Assembly (NCBI GenBank): GCA_964199315.1
Contig: OZ116701.1
Coordinates: 28,210,001 to 28,274,000 of the forward strand
Length of the DNA stretch: 64,000 nt
Direction of reading: 5' to 3'
From: Orbicella franksi
Lineage: Eukaryota
Below the pieces are notes generated by a model. The model saw nothing but the letters and a program-made list of their open reading frames with translations, was not told the origin of the DNA and did not search any database. The position numbers were made by a program, and so were the translations under genes. Of the stretch, positions 62,539 through 64,000 are shown piece after piece (position 1 is the first letter of the stretch; each line of letters starts with the position of its first letter).

Positions 62539-64000
62539 CGAATCTGTCACCCCATGAGGGGACGCGAATGACTTCTACTGTAAGTATCTCTTCCCGGTGT
62601 TTTTTTTTTTTTTTTTTTAATGCTATGAGAACAGGGCTGTATTCGTCTAAGGCTGTGGGTGTAATTCGTCAAAAAACACTGAGTTCTTATGAATCGTTTC
62701 GAAATTGTTCGCTTCAGTTCAAATTTATGTTGCTGGCACGTGGGTGGGCACTTTATATGTAGACTGTGATGTAAGATACCTTAAACTATTTTTACTGTTC
62801 ATGATGCACTGCTACGTTAGTCTGCTTTATAAATATTTAACTGCTCTGGTCGTGTTTTTAATTTCAATATGATTAAACGTTCTTTTTATGCGTTCCTGGT
62901 AACCCTTTGAATACGAAACTTTCGCCAAAAAATACCGTTTTAAACCTTTTAGTCAGGGTTTTGGGCTGCCATGACGCTAAATAAGCCTACGTTTTGCTAA
63001 GAAAGCTTTTTTTTACCAAAAAGAGAGATTTCTCGAGGATTAGGTACAAGATTGAGCAATATTTCAATTCCGGGGATGCGCATAGGCCAAAATTTGGACC
63101 TTTTATTTTCTTTTCTTTTATTTATTTTATTATTTTTTTTTTTTGCATTAGCCGTTCTCAATTTTGTTTGTTGCCCCTTTCCTTTCTTTTTTTCTCGGCC
63201 GTTTTACTCTGGCTACCTTTTCCGTTGCATGTTCTTTCTGGCTGCCGTGAAAAGTTGGATGTTAATTACGGGCGAAGCCTAGAAATGGACCTTGATCAAT
63301 CAGAGGCGTAGTGAACCATTTTACCCCCTTTTTTGCACCAAAACTGATAACGTTGTTTTTCGATTTGCGACGTCGGAACGTCGTCGATATCTAAACCTGA
63401 CCATTGTACGGAAAGGCCTAGCCCATTACTACTATCTGCTTATCAAGAATACTCTTTGTACTCTGTATTTTAATAAAGTATTATTATTATTATTATTATA
63501 ATATCGGATAGCATTTAAATTGATGACGTCACAAGTGGTACAAAGAGCACCACCATTAATTACGCATATATGCCTAATTGGTATTCAAAGGGTTAAAAAT
63601 GATGCGAAGTTGTCAATTTTAGTAGTTTCAATTTGAAGAAAAGGCCCTGTTAGTACCTTCTTGTTCATTGATGAAAATATTGCGGGGTTTGTTTTACCAG
63701 GGCGCTTCATGACGCCTCCTGGAATAAGCTATACCTTCCCTAGTTGAATCGTCATCAGTTTATCGTACGTTATTCAGGTTATTGATTGGAAAAATAATTA
63801 TACTTTTGAACCTTAGTTCCTCTATTTTCAGGGGATGGGGGGTGGGCTCACTTCTTTCGTAGGTCGTTACTTACGGACTTTTACGATTCGTTGCGTGTAC
63901 GAGCCATTGGTAGCCGTGCATGGTCACCTAAAGCACTGACAATCTATCTTAGCTCCATGCACTAAGTTTCTCCTCGCCTTTTTTTTTGCCCTCGGCTGTG

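Overview
Eukaryotic, intron-rich, AT-rich genomic DNA. The interspersed repeat families and gene style suggest a cnidarian, most likely a stony coral (inference). No prokaryotic features or CRISPR arrays. From left to right: (1) 1.4-8.2 kb is a nested retroelement knot. Two copies of a GIY-YIG Penelope-like element (PLE-1) sit head-to-head, each ending in a minimal variant hammerhead ribozyme. The left copy has its RT core replaced by a second, nearly intact PLE that has no endonuclease (PLE-2), and it also carries a young L2/CR1 LINE insertion. (2) 8.5-10.3 kb (-) holds only the last four exons of cobalamin-dependent methionine synthase (MTR), head-to-head with the next gene. (3) A complete 37-exon ATG2 gene (11201-45428, +, ~2113 aa) whose introns hold MITEs, SINEs and a MULE-like element. 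(4) A 5-exon PIGF gene (49358-53933, +, 216 aa). (5) A degenerate L2/CR1 LINE with a twin-priming-type 5' inversion. (6) A ~21-bp minisatellite abutting a ~200-bp satellite array that flips orientation midway. Exon models and element boundaries were read by eye, and family names rest on recalled motifs rather than database searches.
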